A stretch of 62,935 nucleotides of DNA, the filler included, from Craspedostauros australis (taxonomy: Eukaryota), in NCBI GenBank assembly GCA_030167865.1. It is 12 parts of 12 records of this genome, joined end to end, with 100 filler letters (N's around TTAATTAATTAA, not from the genome) between each part and the next. Parts side by side here need not be neighbours in the genome. Positions count along the whole stretch, not along the records: positions 24,638 to 26,529 come from JALAGF010002742.1; positions 26,630 to 52,813 come from JALAGF010002743.1; 10 more parts are not named here. The stretch is one strand, 5' to 3'. Every line of letters begins with the position of its first letter. The first letter of the stretch is position 1. Shown one piece after another: positions 24,639 to 34,787 of this stretch. Under the pieces are notes generated by a model that was not told the origin of the DNA, searched no databases, and saw only the letters and a list, made by a program, of their open reading frames with translations. A program made the translations under genes and the position numbers.

Positions 24639-25007
24639 CAGCTCGATGAGGTGTACATTGGCACCCCAGAGGAACGTGCCGCCGGCATGAAGCCAGACCA
24701 CCAGAGCAACCGCAACCTGCACCTCGGAACCAACGTGCTGACTGGAGAAGCCGGTGCCACCGCCGTTCCACGCGAGTACCTCGAGATGCAGAAGGCCTTG
24801 GCCGCCCAGCCAGAATCCTTCTCTTCCCGCCGTGCCACCATCCTGTCCAACATCAAGAGCCTCCGCGAGGAGGTCGATGGTTGCGAGAGCAAGGCCGACG
24901 CCGCCGTCTTTGAGGCCTCCATCCGCAAGGAGATGCAGGCACTGAACAGACTGAACCAGGAGGAAGAGAGCGACATGACCGATGTCGCCCTTGAGATGGA
25001 TGCCTAA
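24639..25007 (+). CDS. SIT: Silicon transporter, C-terminal fragment with coiled-coil tail
   Basis: QLDEVYIGTPEERAA matches the conserved post-TM motif of diatom SITs (FQxDEVY[IV]GT[AP]EERAA). It is followed by RRATILSNIKSLREEV...FEASIRKEMQALNRLNQEE, like the coiled coil of pennate SITs. Confidence 0.85.
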   Translation, partial: QLDEVYIGTPEERAAGMKPDHQSNRNLHLGTNVLTGEAGATAVPREYLEMQKALAAQPESFSSRRATILSNIKSLREEVDGCESKADAAVFEASIRKEMQALNRLNQEEESDMTDVALEMDA

Positions 25008-26505
25008 ACCGATCAATCAATCGATCAACCAATCGATCGATCGATGCTGAGCCACATCAAGCGAACACATGCTGAGGACTGTCGCAGCATGAACATGAGT
25101 ATGCACAGTTGCATATTTTTCCGATGCAATCCAACTGCAAATACAAATGCGGATGCAAATCAAGATGGCCCTCAGTGCGTTGGCATGAAGACACGAATTC
25201 AGGAACCAGACAATCATGTCCTGATCTAATTCGTGATCTCGCCGGACGAGAGCAGGCGCAGCACACACACACACTGAACACTAATGAGATACATAAACCA
25301 AAGTTAACCAAACAACAGCAAAACAATAACGAAATGAAATGAAATGAAACGAGGACAAGTACACAATCGTGCGAACAAATTGGCTCCACCAATCAAAGTT
25401 TGTCTGTTTGCATTTTCTCGGAAGTGTAAGTTCGCCGTGTCTGTTTGTGATGAATCACGAAACGGACGCTTCAATTTTCGTGGCTGTCGACAAACTGCCA
25501 CCTCCCTCGAATCCTGCATGAGACATTTTCGACGTTTTGCAGACAGACAGAGGCTCCAACAACAGACTGATTCGGTTATAGCCTCTCTAGGTTCAGGAAC
25601 GCCAGTACAAAGCATAATCATTCGGCTCATTCTGAGGTGTTCGCAACAAATCGTATCATGCCACATCACAACATGTTCTTCTCTCTTCACTTGCGCTCGC
25701 CTGCCCGCCTGGGTGCATCGGCATGGTACCGTACACTCATGCGGTGCGATTTGGCTGTGGGAAGATACGAACAAGGTACTCGTACTTGTCCTCGGACACT
25801 GTCACAGTGATTGCATTTCACGTTACATGCACTCGTGCGGTATCTCGCCTCGCGCATGAGTGTTGCGAAGGAAGACACATGACACATGGCACATGACCGG
25901 AAGAGACAGGACAAAGGGAGGAAACTTGTGGTGTACGTTGCGATGAAGTGTTTGGCGGAATGACAGTTTGGCTCGTTCTTGTTCTCACATCCCGTCACTA
26001 TTAGCGACAGAGCGACAGAGCGGCAGAAACAGCACGAACAGCAGGGCAACAGCGGGCGACGAGTTCCGTCTCTGTGATACTCTCTGGGGTCTCCTTCCAT
26101 CAACTGCTCTGCGTCACGGTGTCTTGCATTTCTCATTGTGCGTTAGGTGTAGTCGTGTTCTGATCTTGACGCCGGTGTCGGTGTTGCGGTCATGTCACCT
26201 GTTCCATGTTGTGACGACGCGACGCCCATTTCGGCAAGAGCTGGTTTCTGTCCGCACATGCGACAGACGTCCACGGCAGTGTGATGGCTGTGGCAGAAAG
26301 AGGAAAAACAACCTGTCTGTACCGTGCTTTATTGGTGCCGCTCCACCTCGATCCGAGCAAGGAACGCAACGAACGCTCGCGGAGATTGTCATGTTTGCAA
26401 CTACTGTCACTCATCCACACAACACAGGCCAAAACGAAGCAGGCACATCAACAGAAACGGAGGATATACATTATAATAGGTCGTAGAGAGGAGTTCTGTG
26501 AACTG

Positions 26506-26529
26506 CTCTCTCTCTCTCTCTCTCTCTCT
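26506..26529. repeat. (CT)n microsatellite at the contig end
   Basis: Pure CT dinucleotide run up to the gap. Confidence 0.9.
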
Positions 26530-28277
26530 NNNNNNNNNNNNNNNNNNNNNNNNNNNNNNNNNNNNNNNNNNNNTTAATTAATTAANNNNNNNNNNNNNNN
26601 NNNNNNNNNNNNNNNNNNNNNNNNNNNNNGTGTCACACAAAGACCCAGAATCTCACTCACAACTGTGTTCACAAAGTCACAGCCGACGACATGATACCAA
26701 AACGGATACTACCAACAGAAGTATCTCAACAGCCAACTGCTGTGTCGCCGTTCACATCAAAGGAACACTTCTGTCCTTGTTTTGTTGGGATTTTGTAGAA
26801 AACAATTTTGTCAATTTTGNGTATGTCNTGGTACTATTNNNGTANTACTAGNANTAANCGNCAACAATACTGAGCATANNATAGTACCATCNNAACNNTA
26901 TCATGAACGTNTCGGTCGGAATCGTCGTTCNGTTACGACAATGAAGTTTGTCNCNTNGAGATACTCAAACGGAGATACTGCACGTAAATAATTACAGTTT
27001 ATTTGCTCAATACGTGATTTCTGAGAAAGTGTCAAAGTTCCACAATTCCTCGTGCGAAACCGACCACGCAATCCCACCGCCTCTGTCAGCGTTCACAACG
27101 AGAATCGATCAGACAGGGAACAGATCGTCTGCGTCACACGGTTCCAAATGAGAACCCCAAGCGCAACAAAGCTGGGGAAAATTGACCCAAACTCCCCTCA
27201 ATTCACCCTTCAATGGGATGGCTTGCTCGTAACAATGATAAAGTCTAAGCCATTTGATTGGCTGGGGTCGCCGGCCATGCCAAAAAATAGCCACTCGAAC
27301 CCCTCTATTTATTGTGGTGGAGCGCGAACACAAAAAGAGAGAGGACGATTTGATGCGCTGTTGTTGGACGGAATGACTGGCGACAGCTGCGCCGATACTT
27401 CACGAGTTGTGTGCAAAGACATGGCGCCATGATCGACACCATCACCGACGGTCGTCACGCTGTTGTGATTGACAGGACATCCGAGAAAACGAAGCGGAGT
27501 TATTCGGAGATGGCACAACCGAGAGACAGTAACAAGAAAGGACGACAGCAACAGCCAAGGGAGGCGGCAACAGAGTGGAAGCATCGGTCTGAACCCCCCA
27601 TTCCATATAATCGATTGCATTGCGTTGCATCACAGATCGCAAAACAAGAAGGAGATTGGCAACACCGCCAACGACTCTGATTCGCAGTGGAGTGAAAGTT
27701 GTTGGACGAAGCGAATCGGCACTGGCGCAACGCCGTTTGGATCGACATCTGTGCCGCAGACGGACAACGAGAGTGTCACCGTGATCCATCACCGGCGCAC
27801 GCGGAGGCTCTTCCCAAACGTACGCAACCTTGCGCGGGGCAATCTGGGACGCGGGTCTCCCTCCAAGCCAAGGAGGATTTCGCACGTCCTGTTGCGTCCT
27901 CTCTCACAAGCAGCACCAAACAAAGAGGAAGAAAGAGGGTGTTGCCGTCTTTGGTGCTGGAGAAGAGCATAGTTGTACAATCCACTGGTATTGTACAGGA
28001 CACACAACCACACAAGCACGTGCGAGAACGAGCAGACAGCTCGACATCTCTGACGACTTCGTCGAGAACATTCCGCATACGCTTCCAATCCACTTTGCTT
28101 CATCGTCAGCATCATCCGCAACATCCGCATCGTCAGGAAGAACTGGAACAACAACGGCACCAATCAAGAGTGTGGGCGGGTGAAACTCCATCCCTTCATC
28201 GTCTCCATCTCCAACAATCGCAAGATCTATTGGCAATAGCAACAGCAGCACAATTCCAATTGTAACACTATTGCTCA

Positions 28278-31200
28278 ATGGGACAGACAATGTCCATATG
28301 TCCGCCGACTCCATCAGCTCAAAGCGCAACGATGTCCAACATGGTGGCTTCCGAATCTCCTCCTGCTGCTGCTTCCACATCTGCCAAGTCTATGGCTACT
28401 TCTGAGAGAGGAGAGGCAAAGCAACAGCCTCCATCCCATGATGGCAAGGATGTAACAGCACCTCTCAACGACACAACCACAGCTAAATATACTCCCAATC
28501 AGCAGCAACAGCAGCAGCAGCAGCAACAGGAGTCAGCTCCCATCGACCAGACAGCCATCTCGCCTCTGCGCCTGGACTTCCTTCACAAATTTCGGGCAGC
28601 TGCGTGCGGCCCGACCTTACCGCCAGCCATCACCATTACTGCCCCCAACAGCGCTGCTTCTTTGTATTGTGATCAGCCGCATTCTGCCGATTCCATGGAT
28701 GATGAATCAGAGCATGAGCATCATGATGAATCAGAACATGACGATGCCCAACATATCCATCGCTATCCGCAACAGCAGCATGTTTGCGATCATCCCAACA
28801 GCCAGCACACCAATCTAAGTGGGGACACGTACTCCTACGACGAAACGACGGATGCAAGCCACACCACCTACGCATCCGAAGCCATCACGCTCAGCGAACG
28901 ATCGGGAGGGCATGGTTCTAAGCTCATGCTGGAATCCATGTCCACCAATAGCAGTGCCAACAGCAACATCCTGGCAGGCATTCCGAATCTTGCAGCGCTG
29001 CGGAGCGGACAGCGCAACTCCACCTTTGCGGAAATGCCCAACAGGGTGCGCAGGAACGTCAGCACGGGGTCCGCACCCACCAACCTTCCCTTCCCAATGG
29101 CAGCGACGCAGCAGTCACCATCTCCGCAGCATTCCGGCATTCTCAAGCATACCGCGAGTCCACCACAGGAGGACGCGCAGCATCTGCAGGCCATGCTGCA
29201 GGGATACCAGACGCGCATCAAGTACCTCGAGCAGAAGGAGATCCTCACCAAGCTTCAGCTCAAGGGATACGAATGCTCCATCGACGACTACAAGTGCAAG
29301 ATGCAGACCATGCAGGCGCAGCTGCAGAAGCAGGAGGCCATCATCGCCAGGTACGAGGATCGTCTGCACCGCGGCAACGGACTCCTCACGGCCAACCAGT
29401 CCATGCACAGCGTCAACTCCATGGCCTCCATCTCGTCGTCAGCGTCGCAGCATCTGCAAACCGCCACGAACACGTCCTACATGAACCTCTCCAATCTGCA
29501 GCAGTGGCTCTTCGATGAGGGCACCAAATCGAACAAGGTGCAGCCCTGGATGATCCAGTACTGCCAGAAACTCAGAGATTACAACATACCCATCGACCGT
29601 CTCTTCATCACCAACGTCATTCCCCACGATCCCACCTTCTACATGTACGGCTGGGTCTGGGAGTACAACGAACCATTCACGCAGTTCAAGTACACCAAGC
29701 AACAGTTCGATGCCAAGCTCCACACAGCGCCGCAGGACGAATGCTTCCATCTTCTCTACACCAATCGCAAGAAACGGGCCAATCAGAAACGAAAGAACAC
29801 GAAGAACCTCGACAGCGTCCTGCCCGGCAACCATTGGACGCAGGAGCAAGATCTCAAGCAGCGAGTTGGGTATAATACACAGCAGCGACGACACATGAGA
29901 CGATCTTCCTTGGGTGACGTGCAACGACAGCAGTACACGCACTACTTCAGTCTGCCCATTTACCAAAATGACAAATTCATGGGCTCCATTTCCTGGGTCA
30001 CCAAGAACATCACGGGATTCTCCAAGTACCATCTCCAATTCTTCCAGCAATCCATGGCCGGTCTGGCCCTCATCGTGCGCTACCAAACCAATGAGGCCAA
30101 CCAGGAGACCCTCATGAAGCGCATGGAGGACACCGTCCATCAGCGCACGCAGGAGCTGGCGGCCGCCAACGCCAAACTGCAAAATGCCAACCGCCACATC
30201 CAGCAGCAATCGCAGGCGCAGCTGCGGCATTTCGCCATGATGAGCCACGAGATCCGCACGCCGTTGAACTGCATCATTGGTCTGTCCGGACTCCTCGTCA
30301 AGGATGCCTCGTTGACGCAGGACCAGCAGGAGGCACTCAAGATGATCACGACGTCCGGCGATCTCCTGCTGCACGTCGTCGACGATGTCCTCAACTTTTC
30401 CAAATTGGCCGTCGGTGAGGTCGTCTTCCACATGGCGCCCATCTCGCTGCGCGATACCTTGCGCACTGTCTTTCACAACATCCAGCAGCAGCAACAGCAC
30501 GTGCGTCTGCGCGTCTCGACGCCGCAACCCTTGCCATGCCGCATCGTCATGGACACGCGGCGGCTGCAGCAGGTGCTGTACAATCTGCTGGGCAACGCCG
30601 TCAAGTTCGGTCGCGACGGCAAGTACGTGGATTGCACCATCACACAGGTCGGCATCATGATGGATGAAGCCTCCGATGAGCAGTCGGCCAATGTTCGGCG
30701 CGAGATGCAGATGCTGCAATTCGACATTCAGGATTACGGCGTCGGCATCCATCCCGATCATATGGCCAACATCTTCCAGCCCTTCCGACAGTTGTCTGTT
30801 GATACGGAACGCGAGTACGGCGGCACGGGGCTAGGTCTGGCGATCACGTCGAACCTGGTCAAGGCCATGGGCGGTCGCATCGACGTGCAGTCGGAGTGCG
30901 GCAAGTGGTGCAAATTCACGGTCCAGATGCCGTTGACGTTGCCGGATGAAGATATGGAAGGCAGCATGCAGATGGAAGATGTCGCGCCAGCATCCGCGCT
31001 GCGTCAGGATCGGTTCCAACTTTCCAACAACTTTTTGGAAATTCACGAGTTGTCCAAGATCGTTCAAATGGAAACAGACAAAGAGGAGTTGCCACCTCCT
31101 CCGCGCAGCACTCCCAACATGGTGGAACGCACGTCGTTGATAAGTTTGCCGCCACCCAACCATGAGCAGCTTTTGCAGGATTTGGATAAGATGCTGCAAG

Positions 31201-31964
31201 AACAGCAGGATGGTTCGTCGTCGTACACTGAAACCACCGCGCGGTTCGCACGTCCCGACGCAACAGCCACGCCCAAATCGCAAGCGCTGAACCACGAGCA
31301 GCTCATGAATTATTTAGATCGCATCGGCAAGCAGCAATCGCAACGTAGTTTGATTCCGGAGACGGCAAAGAACGAGGTGACGCCCGCGAGCGATGCAGAG
31401 AGCATGCCGAAGGAAGATGCGCCGACGGCAAAACCTCCGCCTGTTATCGTCACGTCCTCAAAGCCGATCAAATCGACACGACCCAAGATGGCGGCCGCCG
31501 ACCAGCCCGTTCCGAAGAAGGCGCGTGCAGGCGACGGTGCGTCATCACCATGGAAGGCGCTGAAGGTTCTCGTTGCCGAAGACAACAAGGTGAATCAGAA
31601 GGTGTGCAAGCGCATTCTGACTCGCATCGGCATCACCGACATTGATATCATGGACAACGGGCAAAAGGCGGTCGACCAGGAGCAGAAGAAGGCGTACGAT
31701 TTGGTGCTGATGGATTTGGAAATGCCGGTCATGAACGGGCTGGATGCCACGAAGCACATCATCCGACGACGCAATGAACTGGCGGCGCCATTGCCTCGCG
31801 TGCTGTTCTTGAGCGCGCACGCGTTGGAGGAGTACAAGACACAGGCCCGCGAGGCTGGTGCCGATGGATTCCTGTCGAAGCCGTTTCGGATTGAAGCCAT
31901 CGAGACGTCGTTGAAGGAATTGAAGTTCGATGGCACGCAGGCGATGTGGACAACGGGCACGTGA
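28278..31964 (+). CDS. Hybrid sensor histidine kinase (GAF-like + HisKA + HATPase + receiver), 1228 aa, soluble
   Basis: H box SHEIRTPLN, N box QQVLYNLLGNAVKF, G1 DYGVG, F box IFQPF, G2 GGTGLGL. Receiver VAEDN...LMDLEMP...LSA...SKP. Single intronless ORF. Confidence 0.95.
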   Translation: MGQTMSICPPTPSAQSATMSNMVASESPPAAASTSAKSMATSERGEAKQQPPSHDGKDVTAPLNDTTTAKYTPNQQQQQQQQQQESAPIDQTAISPLRLDFLHKFRAAACGPTLPPAITITAPNSAASLYCDQPHSADSMDDESEHEHHDESEHDDAQHIHRYPQQQHVCDHPNSQHTNLSGDTYSYDETTDASHTTYASEAITLSERSGGHGSKLMLESMSTNSSANSNILAGIPNLAALRSGQRNSTFAEMPNRVRRNVSTGSAPTNLPFPMAATQQSPSPQHSGILKHTASPPQEDAQHLQAMLQGYQTRIKYLEQKEILTKLQLKGYECSIDDYKCKMQTMQAQLQKQEAIIARYEDRLHRGNGLLTANQSMHSVNSMASISSSASQHLQTATNTSYMNLSNLQQWLFDEGTKSNKVQPWMIQYCQKLRDYNIPIDRLFITNVIPHDPTFYMYGWVWEYNEPFTQFKYTKQQFDAKLHTAPQDECFHLLYTNRKKRANQKRKNTKNLDSVLPGNHWTQEQDLKQRVGYNTQQRRHMRRSSLGDVQRQQYTHYFSLPIYQNDKFMGSISWVTKNITGFSKYHLQFFQQSMAGLALIVRYQTNEANQETLMKRMEDTVHQRTQELAAANAKLQNANRHIQQQSQAQLRHFAMMSHEIRTPLNCIIGLSGLLVKDASLTQDQQEALKMITTSGDLLLHVVDDVLNFSKLAVGEVVFHMAPISLRDTLRTVFHNIQQQQQHVRLRVSTPQPLPCRIVMDTRRLQQVLYNLLGNAVKFGRDGKYVDCTITQVGIMMDEASDEQSANVRREMQMLQFDIQDYGVGIHPDHMANIFQPFRQLSVDTEREYGGTGLGLAITSNLVKAMGGRIDVQSECGKWCKFTVQMPLTLPDEDMEGSMQMEDVAPASALRQDRFQLSNNFLEIHELSKIVQMETDKEELPPPPRSTPNMVERTSLISLPPPNHEQLLQDLDKMLQEQQDGSSSYTETTARFARPDATATPKSQALNHEQLMNYLDRIGKQQSQRSLIPETAKNEVTPASDAESMPKEDAPTAKPPPVIVTSSKPIKSTRPKMAAADQPVPKKARAGDGASSPWKALKVLVAEDNKVNQKVCKRILTRIGITDIDIMDNGQKAVDQEQKKAYDLVLMDLEMPVMNGLDATKHIIRRRNELAAPLPRVLFLSAHALEEYKTQAREAGADGFLSKPFRIEAIETSLKELKFDGTQAMWTTGT

Positions 31965-33149
31965 GTGTTGTGGATCGTCCGACAACAACAAGGGGCGAAT
32001 AGAAAGGGGGAGATAGGGAGAGACAGAGTAGGGAGCGGTTTCTTTTTCATCTCTTGATCTCCACTTGTCTTGTCTTTGGCTTGCCATGCTTTGCTTTCGA
32101 GATGCTGTGTTTGCACGAGCCAAGTCGCTGCATCCTCTCATTATTGCACGATCCTCGTGATAACCAGCGACGTTGACCGTCTTTGCGTTCCCACCATACG
32201 CGCACGCGAGTATTGTATTGGCGCGACCATCCGCTGCACCGCTCTGACTGGTACCACCAGTCGGATCGTCATTCAGCCATGGTGGCATGTGGCATTTGGT
32301 GTTTGGCATGACTGAGGTTCTCTCCCACAGATGGTATGGCACGACCCATGATACGCGGTAACCCCTTCCTCGACTTCAGCTCGCGCTCCATCCTGTTCCC
32401 ATTCCCTTCTTCCTTGTGGACAGGACACGGATACTGCGACTCCCTGGTCACCACTTGCTTTCTCTTGGCAGTCTCATCTTTCCTGTCGTGCATAATTCGC
32501 GTTGTTGCCTTTCCCACTCGCATCGCGCACTCTTGGTACGCGGATAGCACAAGTCGTGGATCGTGACAAAAATAGGCACTGATACAGTACTTTACAGGCG
32601 ACTGATTTGAATTTGGCATCCCAACCGTTCGTGAGCGATGCGGAAACTGTTCCCACGATTGTTTGTTGTTCGTGCGCGTTCTGGTTTCTGCGTGAGACAG
32701 TGCCAACATCACTGGTGCTTGCGCACGATCACAATTTGTTGGCAAGGACATTCGCAGGTACGCTTCGGTGATGATGGCGATGATCGCTGCTACGGCGATG
32801 ATGACGATGGTGGTGGTTTGTTCGTGTGGAGATGACCGTTGATGCTTGAGCAGGGAGGGAGTGAGCTGGGCGCATGGTTGATGCGTTGACTGATGCGTTG
32901 ATGGATTGGTGACCTCTTTGTTCCTTTGTGATGTGCATCACACGAGTCCCACTGTGCGAGCCTCACCTCACGCGTCCATGCCTGCTTCATCTGCTCATAC
33001 TTCTCACGCTCGCCCACTCGCTCACTCATTCGTAATTGCTCACATTAGAACACAACGGTCCGTTTGCACCATCACTCCAAGCCCATACATCAGCTCGTTG
33101 ACCCCACAATCGCAACACAGTGTAACCACACTTTCCACAACCTGCAATC

Positions 33150-34787
33150 ATGGGATGCGCACGATCCATCCCCGTTCAACCAGGCGGCCACCACCCAACA
33201 GCGTCGCAACAACCATCCACGAATCAATGTGGCGATGGATTGGAAGGATTCCACAACGGCTACTCGCACACCAACAGCAACGCCAATGACGGCGTCGACT
33301 GCAAAGAAGCCAAACATGGGCGCCGTGGTGTCTGGTCCAAGCTGCGTCGTTTCAACAAACGCAACAAGCATGTCAAGAGCAATGGCCGTGATGATAGCAA
33401 CGGTGGCCTGCTCCAACACCAATATTCTCCAGCAGGCTCGTCAATGACGCAAGAACAGCAGCAGCAGTTGCGCCGTCATCAACACCTCCTTGCCTCGCGT
33501 GGAAACGGCAAGCGTCCAACGTTGGCAACGGCGTACTCTGGGTCGATGGAGTACAGCAATACATCGCAAAAGTCTCTCTACAGCTACGCAACATCGACGG
33601 TCGCCGGAAGCCAAACCATCAGCAGCAGCATGTACAGCCTTGGCCAGCAGACCTACCTGCGCCAGCAACAGCAGCAGTACAACGCGTCGCGCCCTCGGAT
33701 GTACTCGCATGGCGCACAAGGCGAGAATGAGAGTCTGTTCAATTTCAGCCTTGACGGCTACACGGCCAACAACGATGACACAACCACCTTCACCGATTTC
33801 TCGTACGACGATACGAGCAGCCGCCTTCGTCCACACGACAGAAACAGCAATGTCAACAGCAACAATGATGGTGACGATGGTGATGACGACCAGTTCATCT
33901 TCAATAAGACACAGAAGCATCACCCCGATCCCGCTGCGGATGGCGGCCACCAAGAGTCGCAACCCTTCGGAGAGATTTCGTACGAAGAAAGCACGGACTG
34001 CGATGACCAGGTGAGCTTTCTCGGCCTGCCAACGGGTAGCACAATCGGGACCACCTCCCCGATGGTGGGAGGGTTCGATCTCGGCATGACCACACCGGAA
34101 GATCAAGCTGGCGTGCAGCTCCAGCTCCCCACGAATCTCATGAAGATGCCGACGCTGCTGAATGAAGGTCATATCATGAAGGGGCGTCGCTCCACCACGT
34201 CGCCGACGCAGCGCACTGACGATGAACCGCGAGACCCACCTCCTGCACCCGTGCACAACGATCACCATGTGTTGCGTGACCCTGCAGGATTCAAAGCTGC
34301 CGCCGCGACATCCAAGCCGTTCGATCGACGCAAGGGTTTCGAATCCGAATTCTCCAGCATCTGGGCGTCCAAGTCCCATGCAACGTCCACCGGAGCATGG
34401 TCGGCGCAGCCAGAACAATCGACCAACATCCTTGTGAGCACACGTGGCATCCTGGAATCGTTGGAGCAGCGGTACTTTGAACGCAAAGTCGAGGCACCAG
34501 CTGGTGAACTGGGCATCGCGTGTCGTCGCAAGGTGAAGAAGCAAGGTCTGCTGCCGGAAGAACAATGCATCGTCGTGGATGCCATGGACGAGGACAGCCC
34601 ACTCAGCGGTGCTGTGCGACCAGGCGACGTCATCCTCGAGCTCAATGGCAAAGCCACAAGCGGCATGTCAGCAGTACAGTTCAGCCGTCTGCTGTTGGAG
34701 TCTCGAGAACGACCGCGAAGCCTGCTCGTGCAGACCGACACCATCAAGTCTCAAGCCTACGACTATTCGCTTCGTGCTGGTGAATGA
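33150..34787 (+). CDS. PDZ-domain protein with a long disordered N-terminus
   Basis: 545-aa ORF. C-terminal APAGELGI...DSPLSGAVRPGDVILELNGKATSGMS is a PDZ pattern. Starts MGCARS. Confidence 0.85.
   Translation: MGCARSIPVQPGGHHPTASQQPSTNQCGDGLEGFHNGYSHTNSNANDGVDCKEAKHGRRGVWSKLRRFNKRNKHVKSNGRDDSNGGLLQHQYSPAGSSMTQEQQQQLRRHQHLLASRGNGKRPTLATAYSGSMEYSNTSQKSLYSYATSTVAGSQTISSSMYSLGQQTYLRQQQQQYNASRPRMYSHGAQGENESLFNFSLDGYTANNDDTTTFTDFSYDDTSSRLRPHDRNSNVNSNNDGDDGDDDQFIFNKTQKHHPDPAADGGHQESQPFGEISYEESTDCDDQVSFLGLPTGSTIGTTSPMVGGFDLGMTTPEDQAGVQLQLPTNLMKMPTLLNEGHIMKGRRSTTSPTQRTDDEPRDPPPAPVHNDHHVLRDPAGFKAAAATSKPFDRRKGFESEFSSIWASKSHATSTGAWSAQPEQSTNILVSTRGILESLEQRYFERKVEAPAGELGIACRRKVKKQGLLPEEQCIVVDAMDEDSPLSGAVRPGDVILELNGKATSGMSAVQFSRLLLESRERPRSLLVQTDTIKSQAYDYSLRAGE

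Noticed and set aside
29439..30761. 440-aa minus-strand ORF
   Set aside because: Antisense shadow of the GC3-rich histidine kinase.
33441..34565. 374-aa minus-strand ORF
   Set aside because: Antisense shadow of the PDZ gene.
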